Shown here one piece after another: positions 9,101-21,114 of a DNA stretch of 64,000 nucleotides. Source of the stretch: Thermoanaerobaculia bacterium (lineage in GTDB: Bacteria; Acidobacteriota; Thermoanaerobaculia; Multivoradales; JBJKRB01); NCBI GenBank assembly GCA_046704885.1, contig JBJKRB010000158.1, forward strand, positions 46,400-110,399, written 5' to 3'. The notes under the pieces were generated by a model. That model did not search any database. It was not told the DNA's origin and worked only from the letters and a program-made list of their open reading frames with translations. The first letter of the stretch is position 1. Every line of letters begins with the position of its first letter. A program made the position numbers and the translations under genes.

Positions 9101-9346
9101 ATGTCCGGGGATCAGGATTCAGTGGAAATTCAGCTCAACGGCGCGGCGCGGCACGTGCCTGCCGGTGTGACCGTGGCGGATCTCCTCGCGGATCTAGGGT
9201 TCGATTCCCGTACGGTGGCGATCGAACGCAACGGTTCGATCCTCGCGCGCGACCGGTTTGAAAAGGTGGATCTAGAGCCTGGCGATCGCCTCGAGATCGT
9301 GCGTTTCGTGCAGGGTGGACGCGGTTGCAGTCGCGAAGCCGATTGA
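9101..9346 (+). CDS. ThiS/MoaD-family sulfur-carrier (ubiquitin-like beta-grasp) protein with 8-residue extension after the Gly-Gly
   Basis: ATG 9101 preceded by GGAAGGAAG. 81 aa, VEIQLNG...VAIERNGSIL...GDRLEIVRFVQGG followed by RGCSREAD. Pattern matches ThiS (MQIxxNG...INQ.IV...GD.I...GG). Confidence 0.7.
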   Translation: MSGDQDSVEIQLNGAARHVPAGVTVADLLADLGFDSRTVAIERNGSILARDRFEKVDLEPGDRLEIVRFVQGGRGCSREAD

Positions 9347-9364
9347 GTATAGTTTGCGGCGCGT

Positions 9365-9440
9365 GGGCCGCTAGCTCAATTGGCAGAGCAGCAGACTCTT
9401 AATCTGCGGGTTCGGGGTTCGATTCCCTGGCGGCTCACCA
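9365..9440 (+). tRNA. tRNA-Lys (anticodon CTT)
   Basis: Hand-folded cloverleaf. Acceptor GGGCCGC/GCGGCTC. D-loop with GG. Anticodon stem GCAGA/TCTGC with loop CTCTTAA. T-arm CGGGG-TTCGATT-CCCTG. Encoded CCA. Confidence 0.85.
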
Positions 9441-9533
9441 CCTCAGGTATCCAGGAGCCACAAACACAAGAGGTTCGACGAAGCTCCTCATGAGGCTCGA
9501 TGAGGTTGAGAGTGCCGACCGAGCCGAACGACT

Positions 9534-9622
9534 CGCGAAAGTGGCGGAATTGGCATACGCGCTAGACTTAGGATCTAGTCCCGAGTGATCGGGTTGGGGG
9601 TTCGAGTCCCCCCTTTCGCACC
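9534..9622 (+). tRNA. tRNA-Leu (anticodon TAG), class II with long variable arm
   Basis: Acceptor GCGAAAG/CTTTCGC. Anticodon stem CTAGA/TCTAG with loop CTTAGGA. Long variable arm TCCCGAGTGATCGGG. T-arm GGGGG-TTCGAGT-CCCCC. Encoded CCA. Confidence 0.85.
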
Positions 9623-9672
9623 ATAGCGGCAACGCAACCATTCATCGCTTTCCGCAGCGCAACGAGGATTTC

Positions 9673-10968
9673 ATGGCAGTCATCGCTTCTCGAGAAGAAA
9701 TCGGACCGTGCCGGCAACGTTTGAAGATCGAAGTTCCCGAACCCGCAGTGAACGCGGAGAATCAGCGAATCGTCTCGGATCTGCGACGCCGTCGCCAGAT
9801 TCCTGGCTTCAGAAAGGGAAAGGTTCCCGCCGCGGTGATCGAAAAACGCTTCGCCAAGGACATTCGCGAAACGCTCATCGAGCGCCTCGTTCCCCGTTAT
9901 TGGCACCAGGCCGAGGCGGAGGGTGACCTGCACGCCCTCCTTCCGCCGACCATCGAATCGGTCGATGTCAACCCGGAGGGGATGACGTTCGTCGCCACCG
10001 TCGAGACTCGGCCCGAGATCACCCTCGGAGATCTCGACAACTTCGATCTGCCCGAGATGCCCCTCGAAGTGAGCGATGAAGAAGTGGAGAAGGCGCTGGA
10101 GGATCTGCGCCGCACCGTCTCCCCCTGGAAACAGACCGATCGTGCCGCGGCCAAGGGCGACCTGGTGACCGCCCATCTCTTCGAGATCGACGACGAGGGA
10201 GTGGAGGGCGAAGGGCAGGTCATCCAAGTCGAAGTCGGAGACGACTCGATATGGGACGAGGTCAATGAGGCTCTGACCGGAGCCAGCGCCGACCAAGAGG
10301 TCAAGTTCGAGCGCACCGAAGGAGAAGGAGCGGAAGCCAAGGTCCGTCACCTCCGGCTTCACGTGACCGCGGTCAAGGAGCGCGACCTGGCTCCTCTCGA
10401 TGACGAGTTTGCACAGAAGGTGAGCAGACTGGAGAGTCTTGAAGAGCTGAGAGTCGATTTCAAACGGCGGATCGAGCGGAGCAAGGAGGGCGAGCTTCGC
10501 CGCCGGCAAGAGCACGCCGTCCTCGATCAGCTGCGCGAGCGTCACGCCATTCCGCTACCGGGCGGCGTCGTGGATCACGAGACCGATCATCTCCTCCGGG
10601 AGTATGCTGAAACCCTGGCGCAACGCGGTGTGGATGTGGAGCACGCCGCGATCGATTGGGAGGATCTGGCGAAAGAGATGCGCCCGCAAGCCGAGCGCCG
10701 CGTGCACGCCCGCCTTCTGCTCGATGCCATCGCGGCCACTTGGGAGATCCAGATCGACGAGAACGAGTTCCAGGCGGTGCTCGCCAATATCGGAAGATCG
10801 AGCGGACGAGGCGCCGCGGAGGTGCGACAGATGCTCGATCAGGAAGGAAGGCTGGAGTCGCTTCGAACCCAGCTGCGTCGTGACAAGGTGCTCGATCGCC
10901 TTCTCGGGACGAGCGACAAGCTCGAAGCGGAGGCCAAACCAACAACGCCGGCCGAGCCAGAAGGCTGA
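9673..10968 (+). CDS. tig: trigger factor
   Basis: 431 aa. GFRKGKVP ribosome-binding signature. Position directly upstream of clpP-clpX-lon. Confidence 0.95.
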   Translation: MAVIASREEIGPCRQRLKIEVPEPAVNAENQRIVSDLRRRRQIPGFRKGKVPAAVIEKRFAKDIRETLIERLVPRYWHQAEAEGDLHALLPPTIESVDVNPEGMTFVATVETRPEITLGDLDNFDLPEMPLEVSDEEVEKALEDLRRTVSPWKQTDRAAAKGDLVTAHLFEIDDEGVEGEGQVIQVEVGDDSIWDEVNEALTGASADQEVKFERTEGEGAEAKVRHLRLHVTAVKERDLAPLDDEFAQKVSRLESLEELRVDFKRRIERSKEGELRRRQEHAVLDQLRERHAIPLPGGVVDHETDHLLREYAETLAQRGVDVEHAAIDWEDLAKEMRPQAERRVHARLLLDAIAATWEIQIDENEFQAVLANIGRSSGRGAAEVRQMLDQEGRLESLRTQLRRDKVLDRLLGTSDKLEAEAKPTTPAEPEG

Positions 10969-10992
10969 AGCGGGAAGAGGAGACCAGAAATC

Positions 10993-11574
10993 ATGTTGGT
11001 ACCGATGGTTGTCGAACAGACCAACCGGGGAGAACGCGCTTACGACATCTATTCGCGTCTGCTCAAGGACAACATCATCTTTATCGGGCGGCCGATCGAC
11101 GACGATCTCGCCAGTCTCGTCATCGCCCAGATGCTCTTCCTAGAGGCGGAGAATCCCGAGAAGGATATTGCCTTGTACATCAACTCTCCCGGCGGCGTGA
11201 TCAGCTCGGGTTTCGCGATCTACGACACGATGCAGTACATCAAGCCACAAGTGGCGACCTATTGCGTTGGCATGGCGGCCTCGTTCGCGGCTGTGCTCCT
11301 TGCCGCCGGTGCGCCCGGAAAGCGGTCGGTGCTGCCCAACAGCAGGGTCCTGATTCACCAACCCTGGGTCCAGGGCTTGGGTGGACAACAGACCGACATC
11401 GACATCCACGCCAAGGACCTGCTGCGGATGCGCGACCGCTTGGATGAAATCCTGGCGCAGCATTGCGGCAAGAGCAAAGAGGAGATCCACAGCGACACCG
11501 AGCGCGACCGGATCCTCTCGGCGGAGGAGGCCGTCGAGTACGGAATCGCCGATCAGATCATGCGACGGCGCTGA
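10993..11574 (+). CDS. clpP: ATP-dependent Clp protease proteolytic subunit
   Basis: 193 aa. Ser-His-Asp triad contexts GMAASFAA / LIHQP / ERDRIL. Confidence 0.95.
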   Translation: MLVPMVVEQTNRGERAYDIYSRLLKDNIIFIGRPIDDDLASLVIAQMLFLEAENPEKDIALYINSPGGVISSGFAIYDTMQYIKPQVATYCVGMAASFAAVLLAAGAPGKRSVLPNSRVLIHQPWVQGLGGQQTDIDIHAKDLLRMRDRLDEILAQHCGKSKEEIHSDTERDRILSAEEAVEYGIADQIMRRR

Positions 11575-11637
11575 GGGCAATTTGAGGTTGGCAAAGACGG
11601 ATCTGGTATTATGGCGTTGATTCCGATCATGGTTCGA

Positions 11638-11654
11638 AGGAAGCATTCACCTTC
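11638..11654 (+). terminator. short hairpin (GGAAG-cattcac-CTTCC) followed by a U-containing tract in the 250-nt clpP-clpX spacer; possible attenuator/partial terminator
   Basis: Seen in sequence. Stem only 5 bp, so weak. Confidence 0.3.
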
Positions 11655-11824
11655 CGTCTGTCGCGAACACACTCTCAATGTCCCGTTTCGGAATAGCTGG
11701 CGGAGAACGTCCTGTTTTAGTGAGCGGAGAAAGGACCGAGCATGGGCGGCGGCGCGCCGGAGCGCCATCGTCCGTGGAGTTGGGCCTGACAAGATGATCA
11801 CGCCAGCCAGCGAGCGGAGGAACG

Positions 11825-13060
11825 ATGCCTAAGAAAGAAAGCGGCGACGAAACCCTGCGCTGTTCGTTCTGCAACAAGAGCCAGCGAGAGGTCAAGAAGC
11901 TGATCGCCGGGCCCACGGTCTTCATCTGCGATGAGTGCGTCGACATCTGCCTCGACATCATCGCCGAGGACCGCATGCTCGAGCAGCAACAGGATACGTC
12001 GCTGCCCAAGCCCCGCGAGATCAAGGCCCTCCTTGACGAGTACGTCATCGGTCAGGAGCAGGCCAAGAAGAAGCTCGCCGTCGCTGTCTACAATCACTAC
12101 AAGCGCATCGACTTCGCCGAGCGTTCGCGCAACGAGGTAGAGCTGCAGAAGTCCAACATACTGCTGATCGGTCCCACCGGTACCGGCAAGACGCTCCTCG
12201 CGCAAACTCTCGCCAAGATCCTCTCCGTGCCCTTCACCATCGCTGACGCCACAACGCTGACCGAGGCCGGCTACGTCGGCGAGGACGTGGAGAACATCAT
12301 CCTCAAGCTCTATCAAGCGGCGGGGAACGACAAGGACAAGACGCAGCGGGGTATCGTCTACATCGACGAGATCGACAAGATTTCTCGCAAAGGGGACAAC
12401 CCCTCGATCACCCGAGACGTCTCCGGCGAAGGCGTGCAGCAGGCCCTGCTCAAGATCCTCGAGGGGACCCTGTGCAACGTACCGCCGCAGGGTGGTCGCA
12501 AGCACCCGCATCAGGAATTCCTGCAGATCGACACGACCAACATCCTCTTCATCTGTGGTGGCGCGTTCGTCGGCCTGGAAGAGCAGGTGGAGCGCCGGAT
12601 GAACGAGAAGTCCCTGGGATTCGGAGCCGAGGTCAAGGGGAAGAAGGAGCGCGATACTGGCAAGTTGCTCGAGCACGTCTTGCCCGAGGACCTGATCAAG
12701 TACGGTCTGATCCCCGAGTTCGTGGGGCGTTTGCCCGTCGTGGCCGGTCTGGAGGAGCTCGACGAGGCGGCCCTGATCCAGATTCTCAAGGAGCCCAAGA
12801 ACAGCTTGGTCAAGCAGTACCAGACGATTTTCGAGCTCGAGGACGTTGAGCTCAAGTTCACCGACGAAGCGCTCGCCGCGATCTCGCGAGAGGCGCTCAA
12901 ACGAAACGTCGGAGCTCGAGGTCTGCGCATCATCCTCGAGGAGCTCATGCTCGAGCTCATGTACAACATTCCATCGCAGCGTGATGTCTCCGAGTGCGTC
13001 ATCACTGAGGAAGTGGTCCTCAGCCGGATCGAACCCGTGACCTTGAAGAAGGCCGTTTGA
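11825..13060 (+). CDS. clpX: ATP-dependent Clp protease ATP-binding subunit ClpX
   Basis: 411 aa. N-terminal C4 zinc finger (CSFCNKS...CDEC). Walker A GPTGTGKT. Sensor/IGF-loop region. Confidence 0.97.
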   Translation: MPKKESGDETLRCSFCNKSQREVKKLIAGPTVFICDECVDICLDIIAEDRMLEQQQDTSLPKPREIKALLDEYVIGQEQAKKKLAVAVYNHYKRIDFAERSRNEVELQKSNILLIGPTGTGKTLLAQTLAKILSVPFTIADATTLTEAGYVGEDVENIILKLYQAAGNDKDKTQRGIVYIDEIDKISRKGDNPSITRDVSGEGVQQALLKILEGTLCNVPPQGGRKHPHQEFLQIDTTNILFICGGAFVGLEEQVERRMNEKSLGFGAEVKGKKERDTGKLLEHVLPEDLIKYGLIPEFVGRLPVVAGLEELDEAALIQILKEPKNSLVKQYQTIFELEDVELKFTDEALAAISREALKRNVGARGLRIILEELMLELMYNIPSQRDVSECVITEEVVLSRIEPVTLKKAV

Positions 13061-13086
13061 TCCCCAGCGCTCGCCGCTAGATACTC

Positions 13087-15504
<2,418 letters not shown>

Positions 15505-15610
15505 GTATTTTTGCCGCTGGGCCTAGCCTCCTCAGCGTCGTTGATCAGCGCCGGCTCCGTTGAGCCTGTGAAGCCAGCACCCCAATTGGGGACATCTAGA
15601 GTCGAGGATC

Positions 15611-16246
15611 GTGTCACGGCCGCCGTCGAGGCGCGCCAGAGCGAATTTGAAAATCGATACTGCCCGCGTGTACCGAACCGCCTTCGAAGCGGCTGATCTG
15701 GTTCAGGACGAGCGTCCTCAGATCGCATTCGTTGGCCGATCGAATGTCGGGAAGTCGAGCTTGCTCAATCGCCTGCTGAGGCAGGACGGGTTGGCGAGAA
15801 CCAGCTCGACGCCGGGTCGGACGCGCTCGATCAACTTTTTTCTGATCGATGAGCGGTTCTTCTTCGTCGACCTTCCCGGTTACGGGTACGCGAAGGTTGG
15901 TAAGGAAGAGAGAAGCAAGTGGGCGAAGCTGATCGACGCCTACTTCACCCGTGCCCTGCCGGAAGCTTTGGTCGTGATGCTCGTCGATGCCAAGGTCGGG
16001 GCCACGCGACTGGACGAGCAAGCGTACGCGTTTTTCCACGACCAGGGGCTCGAACCCGTGATCGTGGCGACAAAGATCGATCGCGTGTCTCGGGGCAAGC
16101 GCATGACGGCAATGAAGCAGCTTCAGACCACCCTGGGTGGCTCGGAGGAGATCAGACCGATTCCGTTTTCGGCGAAGACTGGCGAAGGAGCCCAGAAGTT
16201 GTGGGCAGTGCTTGGCCGCTTTTTGGACGCCGAAAGAACAGCGTAG
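15611..16246 (+). CDS. engB: ribosome biogenesis GTP-binding protein YihA/EngB (YsxC)
   Basis: GRSNVGKSS G1 motif, DLPGYGY G3. Conserved position downstream of lon. Start is GTG at 15611 (alternative in-frame starts possible). Confidence 0.85.
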   Translation: MSRPPSRRARANLKIDTARVYRTAFEAADLVQDERPQIAFVGRSNVGKSSLLNRLLRQDGLARTSSTPGRTRSINFFLIDERFFFVDLPGYGYAKVGKEERSKWAKLIDAYFTRALPEALVVMLVDAKVGATRLDEQAYAFFHDQGLEPVIVATKIDRVSRGKRMTAMKQLQTTLGGSEEIRPIPFSAKTGEGAQKLWAVLGRFLDAERTA

Positions 16247-16264
16247 AAATAGAAGAGGGAAACG

Positions 16265-17557
16265 ATGGCCAAATCGACACAAGACCGTTCTCGTACCAAG
16301 CCTCACAACGGGCTCGACATCCGGACGCTTAAGGACATGCCGAGCTCCGAGCTCACCCAGATCGCGAAGGACCTGGGTGTCGAGGGCGCAACCGCTCTCC
16401 GCAAGCAAGAGTTGATTTTCAAGATCCTGCAGGCGCAAACGGAGAAGAGCGGTCTCATCTTCGCCGAGGGCGTTCTCGAGTGTCTGCCGGATGGCTTCGG
16501 GTTCCTTCGCGCTCCCGAGTACAACTATCTTCCCGGACCGGACGACATCTACGTTTCTCCATCGCAGATACGCCGCTTCGACCTGCGTACCGGCGACACG
16601 GTTTCGGGCCAGGTGCGTCAGCCCAAGGATGGCGAACGCTACTTCGCGCTCATCAAAGTGGAAGCGGTCAACTTCGAGCATCCGGAGGTGGCGCGAAACA
16701 AGATCTTTTTCGACAACCTGACGCCGCTCTATCCGCTCGAGCGCTTGAAGCTCGAGAATCCGGACGACATGTCCTCTCGTGTGCTCGACCTCGTCACCCC
16801 GATGGGCAAAGGGCAGCGCGCTCTGATCGTCGCCCCTCCGCGCACCGGCAAGACCATGTTGCTGCAGACGATCGCGCACTCGGTAGCGAAGAATCATCCC
16901 GAGGTCGCTCTGATCGTGCTGCTGATCGACGAGCGTCCCGAGGAAGTCACCGATATGCAGCGCTCGGTCCAGGGCGAGGTTGTTTCCTCGACCTTCGATG
17001 AGCCGGCCACGCGCCACGTGCAGGTGGCTGAGATGGTGATCGAGAAGGCGAAGCGTCTGGTCGAGCACAAGAAGGACGTGGTGATCCTGCTCGACTCGAT
17101 CACTCGATTGGCGCGGGCTTACAACACGGTACAGCCTCCGTCAGGCAAGGTCCTCTCCGGTGGTATCGACGCCAACGCGCTTCATCGTCCCAAGCGCTTC
17201 TTCGGGGCCGCCCGCAACATCGAAGAGGGCGGGTCGCTGACCATCATCGCAACTGCTCTGGTCGACACCGGAAGCCGGATGGACGACGTCATCTTCGAGG
17301 AGTTCAAGGGAACCGGCAACTGCGAGCTCCATCTTGACCGCAAGCTGGTAGACAAGAGAGTCTTCCCCGCGATCGACCTCAACAAGTCTGGGACCCGGAA
17401 AGAGGAGCTTCTGATGCCGGAGAACGAGCTCCATCGGGTTTGGGTGTTGCGCAAGGTGCTCAATCCTCTATCGACTGTCGAGTCGATGGAGCTCTTGCTG
17501 GACAAGTTGAGGAAAGCGAAGACCAATCTCGATTTTCTCAACGCCATGTCGAAGTAG
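16265..17557 (+). CDS. rho: transcription termination factor Rho
   Basis: 430 aa. N-terminal RNA-binding domain, Walker A (PPRTGKT), Q/R loops. GAAGAGGGAAAC RBS. Confidence 0.97.
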   Translation: MAKSTQDRSRTKPHNGLDIRTLKDMPSSELTQIAKDLGVEGATALRKQELIFKILQAQTEKSGLIFAEGVLECLPDGFGFLRAPEYNYLPGPDDIYVSPSQIRRFDLRTGDTVSGQVRQPKDGERYFALIKVEAVNFEHPEVARNKIFFDNLTPLYPLERLKLENPDDMSSRVLDLVTPMGKGQRALIVAPPRTGKTMLLQTIAHSVAKNHPEVALIVLLIDERPEEVTDMQRSVQGEVVSSTFDEPATRHVQVAEMVIEKAKRLVEHKKDVVILLDSITRLARAYNTVQPPSGKVLSGGIDANALHRPKRFFGAARNIEEGGSLTIIATALVDTGSRMDDVIFEEFKGTGNCELHLDRKLVDKRVFPAIDLNKSGTRKEELLMPENELHRVWVLRKVLNPLSTVESMELLLDKLRKAKTNLDFLNAMSK

Positions 17558-17623
17558 GGACAATCCTCTTGGTAAGGGGGAAGGCGGCAAGATCCCGCTG
17601 AATGGAGCCGTGGAAAAGCGCCC

Positions 17624-18433
17624 ATGAATGCCGGCCACAACGATATCGTGCGGGTAGGGGTCGTCGATTTTCTCAACAGCTGGCCACTCGCGTGGTCCTT
17701 CTTCAGAGGCGAGCCGCCGGAGGGCTTCGTGCCGCGTTTCGAGCCGCCGGCGAGAATCGCGGACCTTCTCGCCCGCGGCGAGCTCGACGTCGGGCTGATC
17801 CCCGCGATCGAAGTCCAGAGGATTCCCGACCTGCGAGTCATTCCGGGTCTGTGCATCGGTTCGATCCACGAGGTACGCAGCGTGTTGCTGGTCAGTCGCT
17901 GCCCGCTCGAAGAGGTGCGTCGAATCGCGCTGGACGAGAACAGCCGGACCTCGGCGGCTCTGGTTCGCATCCTCGCGGCCGATGCTTGGTCGCTCGATGC
18001 GGAATTCGTCGCACACCGCGCTGACGTCGGGCGGATGCTGGTGGACGCCGACGCCGCGTTGATCATCGGGGATCCGGCGCTCGCCGTCGACCACGAGCGC
18101 TACCGCGTTCTCGATCTCGCGGCTGAGTGGAGGAAGCTCTCCGGCTATCCTTTTGTCTTTGCGGTCTGGGCGGTGCGGCCTGGCGTCGAGCGCCAGGGGC
18201 TAACCGAGGTCTTTGCCACGAGCTTGCGCGAGGGTCTGAGCGAGCTCGACGGGGTTGTGGAACGGGCCAAGGCGGCGACGGGTCTCAGAGGTGACGTTCT
18301 GCGCCGCTACTTCACTGAAAACCTACACTATCGTCTCGAGGCCGAGCAGCGAGCGGGGCTCGCGGAGTACTTCCGGCGCGCTGCCGCTCGAGGTTTGATC
18401 GCGCGCCAGAGCGACATCCGATACGTTGGCTAG
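17624..18433 (+). CDS. mqnA: menaquinone biosynthesis protein of MqnA/MqnD family (likely chorismate dehydratase MqnA, futalosine pathway)
   Basis: 269 aa. N-terminal [12 protein letters not shown] resembles the MqnA G-x-I-x-YLN-x-xP motif. Periplasmic-binding-like fold family. Confidence 0.7.
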   Translation: MNAGHNDIVRVGVVDFLNSWPLAWSFFRGEPPEGFVPRFEPPARIADLLARGELDVGLIPAIEVQRIPDLRVIPGLCIGSIHEVRSVLLVSRCPLEEVRRIALDENSRTSAALVRILAADAWSLDAEFVAHRADVGRMLVDADAALIIGDPALAVDHERYRVLDLAAEWRKLSGYPFVFAVWAVRPGVERQGLTEVFATSLREGLSELDGVVERAKAATGLRGDVLRRYFTENLHYRLEAEQRAGLAEYFRRAAARGLIARQSDIRYVG

Positions 18434-18972
18434 GGGCTTTGCCTCTGTGCCTTTGCGGGATCGGCCGGGGCCTTGGGCACGGGGGTCCAGACCGTGGTGC
18501 GGCCGAGCCACGAAAAGCCGATGTAGCCCCGGACGAAGAGGGTCCCGTCCGCTCTCAGGGTAATCTTGCAGCTGTAGGTCTTTCCCTTCTTTGGATCGTA
18601 GATCGTTCCGCCGCTCCAGACGCCATCTCCATCGTAACTAAAACCACGCAGAATCTGGAGGCCGATGATGGGGCGCGCCCGCAGGCTGGCATCGGGGTTG
18701 TTGCGGTCCACCTTCGGCTTCCCGACCCACTGGGGCCCTTCGCTAGCTGGATAGTCTGGTTGGTTCAGCCAAACGATCGTGCCGACGTAGGTGTTCCCCT
18801 CACGGGTTATCTTTACGTGCGCGAAGTCTTGTCCTTCCGGCTGGGTCTTCCACATGCCCAGCAGCCGGTCGGCAGGAGGGGTGGAAGGTGTGGGAGTGCT
18901 CTGCGAGAAGCCGCTCGTGCTCAAGGCGGCCAGGGCGAGAGAGATGAGCAAGGTGGAACGTAGGGTAGGCAT
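18430..18972 (-). CDS. secreted DUF2147-domain protein
   Basis: The track start is GTG 18981. ATG at 18972 gives MPTLRSTLLISLALAALSTSGFSQ signal peptide. DUF2147 pattern (GxWxT ... VxIxxxGNTYxGxIVW ... DxNNPD ... RxRPxxGLxIL ... GGxIYDPxxGKTYxCK). Confidence 0.75.
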   Translation of the reverse strand: MPTLRSTLLISLALAALSTSGFSQSTPTPSTPPADRLLGMWKTQPEGQDFAHVKITREGNTYVGTIVWLNQPDYPASEGPQWVGKPKVDRNNPDASLRARPIIGLQILRGFSYDGDGVWSGGTIYDPKKGKTYSCKITLRADGTLFVRGYIGFSWLGRTTVWTPVPKAPADPAKAQRQSP

Positions 18973-19266
18973 GTTGGACACAGAGACTATCGCAAGAAAC
19001 CGCCTCGAGCCCTCGTCCGTACCTAGAGATATGGAAGCGGATGCGGAACAGTCGCCGTCTCACACTCGCCGATTTGCATGGCGCTGGCCGATCCTTGGAG
19101 TTCTGGCCATTGTTGCCATCGTCGTGGGCTTCTTTCTGCAGATTGCGTCGGGGAGCTGTCCCGTTCCTTGAGTAGAGTGTCAAGCACGGGAGGGGCCCCG
19201 CCTCGTCGCGGGAAGGAAGCAGAGGCGCATGGAGGGTGGCTTGGGTGGTTTGGATAGACTGCCCGG

Positions 19267-21105
19267 ATGGGAGAATCGGATGCCTCTCCGGCCGGGGTCG
19301 AGCCCAGTAGATCTCGCCGGGGAGCCCTGATCTATGTCTTCATTGCGGCCCTGGTCGGCAAGCTCGCGTTTGTGGGTTGGGCCTTGCGACCGCGAGACCT
19401 GGTGCAGACCTATCCCTTCATGTTGGGCGATTCTCAGGACTGGGTCGCTTCGGGGCTGGCTCTAGCCGGCTTCCATGTACAAGACTCGGTTCGGCCTCCA
19501 GGTCTGCCTTTGTTGCTGGCTGCCCTCGACAAGGTCGGTGCCCTCACCGCTTTCCCGATCGTTCAGCAGGTTCTTCTGGCGGCCGCTGCGTGTCTCTTGT
19601 TCTTCCTGCTTCGAAAGCGTGCCGGATTGGAGCCGGCGTTCTTCGCTGCCGCGCTGCTCCTCCTTTCTTCCCTGCCCTTCACGCTCTCGCTCCCCGTCCA
19701 CGCGGATTCGCTCAGCGGCGTCTTGTTGCTGGCGGCTGTGAGCACGTTTCTCTATGCTCGTCGCTTCCCTTATGCCTACCTCCTTGCGGGTTTGATCGGC
19801 GCCCTGGCGGCCCTCACGCAGGGAGCCGCGTTTCTAGCGGCGCCAGCAGCGGCGTTGGTGCTCTTGGTCCGGCGTCGTCAGGACCTTCGGAATGTCTGGC
19901 TATTGGCGGGCGTAGTGATCTTCGGGTCCGGCGTAGCCGCGTGGTCTGTGATCAAGCTCATCAGGTACGGCACCGCAGGTGACGTGGTGACTCGGCATTG
20001 GAGCCTGTTGGGACTCCACCCGCAGAACCTGATTTTCTACGCTGCGGCCCTCCTTGCCATTCTGGGGCTTCCGGGCTTGCTCGTTGGACTCAAGGGGGCC
20101 GTCGCGATGAGCCGGCGCCGCGGCGAAGATGATCTGCTCGTGCTGGGCACAGTTGTGATGGTCCTTGGTTTTCTTGCGCTCGTGTACGGTTGGACGGCTG
20201 AACGCTTTCTTCTCGTAGTTCTTCCCCTTCTCGCTTGGGTCGTGGCGATGGGGCTAGCCACTCTTGGACGCAGGTCGCAAACGCTCTTCGGCGTCCTCAT
20301 CCTCGTGTTTGCCTTCCTGCCTCTCCCGGTTGCCAGCCCGCCCGTTTGGAGACTGTGGCCGTTTCCCAGCATTACGATTCAAGGGTTCGGGCGAGTGGTC
20401 CCCGCCGAGGGCCTGAGACAGGAGTGGATGCGGGGCCCTTGGGAGAGCATCTACCGAACGGCGGCGAATGAGCGGAGACATCCGGGAATCGATCGAGCGC
20501 TCTTCGCCGGCGCACCTTCCCGGGGCGTTTTGCTTTTCGCCCGAGGCGCCTACTCGAGGCCGAGCTATTTGGAGAGCAAGAGACTGGGCAATATTCTTCG
20601 GCGGCGGTTCACACCGGTACCGGCTGGGCTCTATCCCCTCGGGTGGTGGGGCTGGAGCTGGTCCCGTCGCCTTTCGCCCGTTGGTAGGTGGTGCGTCTTG
20701 GAACTCGATCTCCCTGCGCTGCCGGCGATTCTCGCACTTACCGAAGGCGGGGTATGCAATCACTCTGGATCGCCGAGAGTGCCGCCCGGGAGCTACGGTC
20801 GGTGGATCGCCGAATTCAGGGAGATTGCGAAGGAGGTGGGGCCTGGCGATCCCTTCATCGCTGTCGTTGGTTCGGAGCGAAGCGACTGGGTACGTCTCGC
20901 GCCACTGGCTCTCGAAAGCGCGAACTTGGTCGTTGTCGCCCCCGCCCGCCTACCAAAGTCACTCAACGTGGAAGGAAAGGAGGCGTCTTTCGGTGACTTC
21001 GCTCTAGCTCGCGGTGAAGCGGTGGGCCGCCCCGTCTGGGTCCTGCGGCGGAAGAGTGGGGCGCGGCCCGCTGATTATCAGAGATCAATTCACGACGAAA
21101 GGTAG
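19267..21105 (+). CDS. polytopic membrane protein, GT-C-like glycosyltransferase candidate (ArnT/PMT/arabinofuranosyltransferase-like) with C-terminal soluble domain
   Basis: 612 aa. About 11 predicted TM helices in the first ~350 aa. Acidic first-loop motif GDSQDW after TM1. Roughly 260-aa hydrophilic C-terminal domain. 9 nt upstream of the DprE1 homolog. Confidence 0.55.
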   Translation: MGESDASPAGVEPSRSRRGALIYVFIAALVGKLAFVGWALRPRDLVQTYPFMLGDSQDWVASGLALAGFHVQDSVRPPGLPLLLAALDKVGALTAFPIVQQVLLAAAACLLFFLLRKRAGLEPAFFAAALLLLSSLPFTLSLPVHADSLSGVLLLAAVSTFLYARRFPYAYLLAGLIGALAALTQGAAFLAAPAAALVLLVRRRQDLRNVWLLAGVVIFGSGVAAWSVIKLIRYGTAGDVVTRHWSLLGLHPQNLIFYAAALLAILGLPGLLVGLKGAVAMSRRRGEDDLLVLGTVVMVLGFLALVYGWTAERFLLVVLPLLAWVVAMGLATLGRRSQTLFGVLILVFAFLPLPVASPPVWRLWPFPSITIQGFGRVVPAEGLRQEWMRGPWESIYRTAANERRHPGIDRALFAGAPSRGVLLFARGAYSRPSYLESKRLGNILRRRFTPVPAGLYPLGWWGWSWSRRLSPVGRWCVLELDLPALPAILALTEGGVCNHSGSPRVPPGSYGRWIAEFREIAKEVGPGDPFIAVVGSERSDWVRLAPLALESANLVVVAPARLPKSLNVEGKEASFGDFALARGEAVGRPVWVLRRKSGARPADYQRSIHDER

Positions 21106-21114
21106 ACTCTGCGC

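Noticed and set aside
9568-10545. 325-aa minus-strand ORF overlapping tRNA-Leu and trigger factor
   Set aside because: Antisense to tig and runs through a tRNA gene. Low-complexity translation. No start context.
15578-15589. CCCCAATTGGGG palindrome after lon
   Set aside because: Only a 4-bp stem with a 4-nt loop and no U-tract. Too weak to call a terminator.
18971-19171. Small plus-strand ORF with one TM helix (MEADAEQSPSHTRRFAWRWPILGVLAIVAIVVGFFLQIASGSCPVP) between the DUF2147 gene and the GT-C gene
   Set aside because: No RBS. Overlaps the 5' end of the DUF2147 gene on the other strand. Lower third-position GC than neighbouring genes. Kept only as a possibility.
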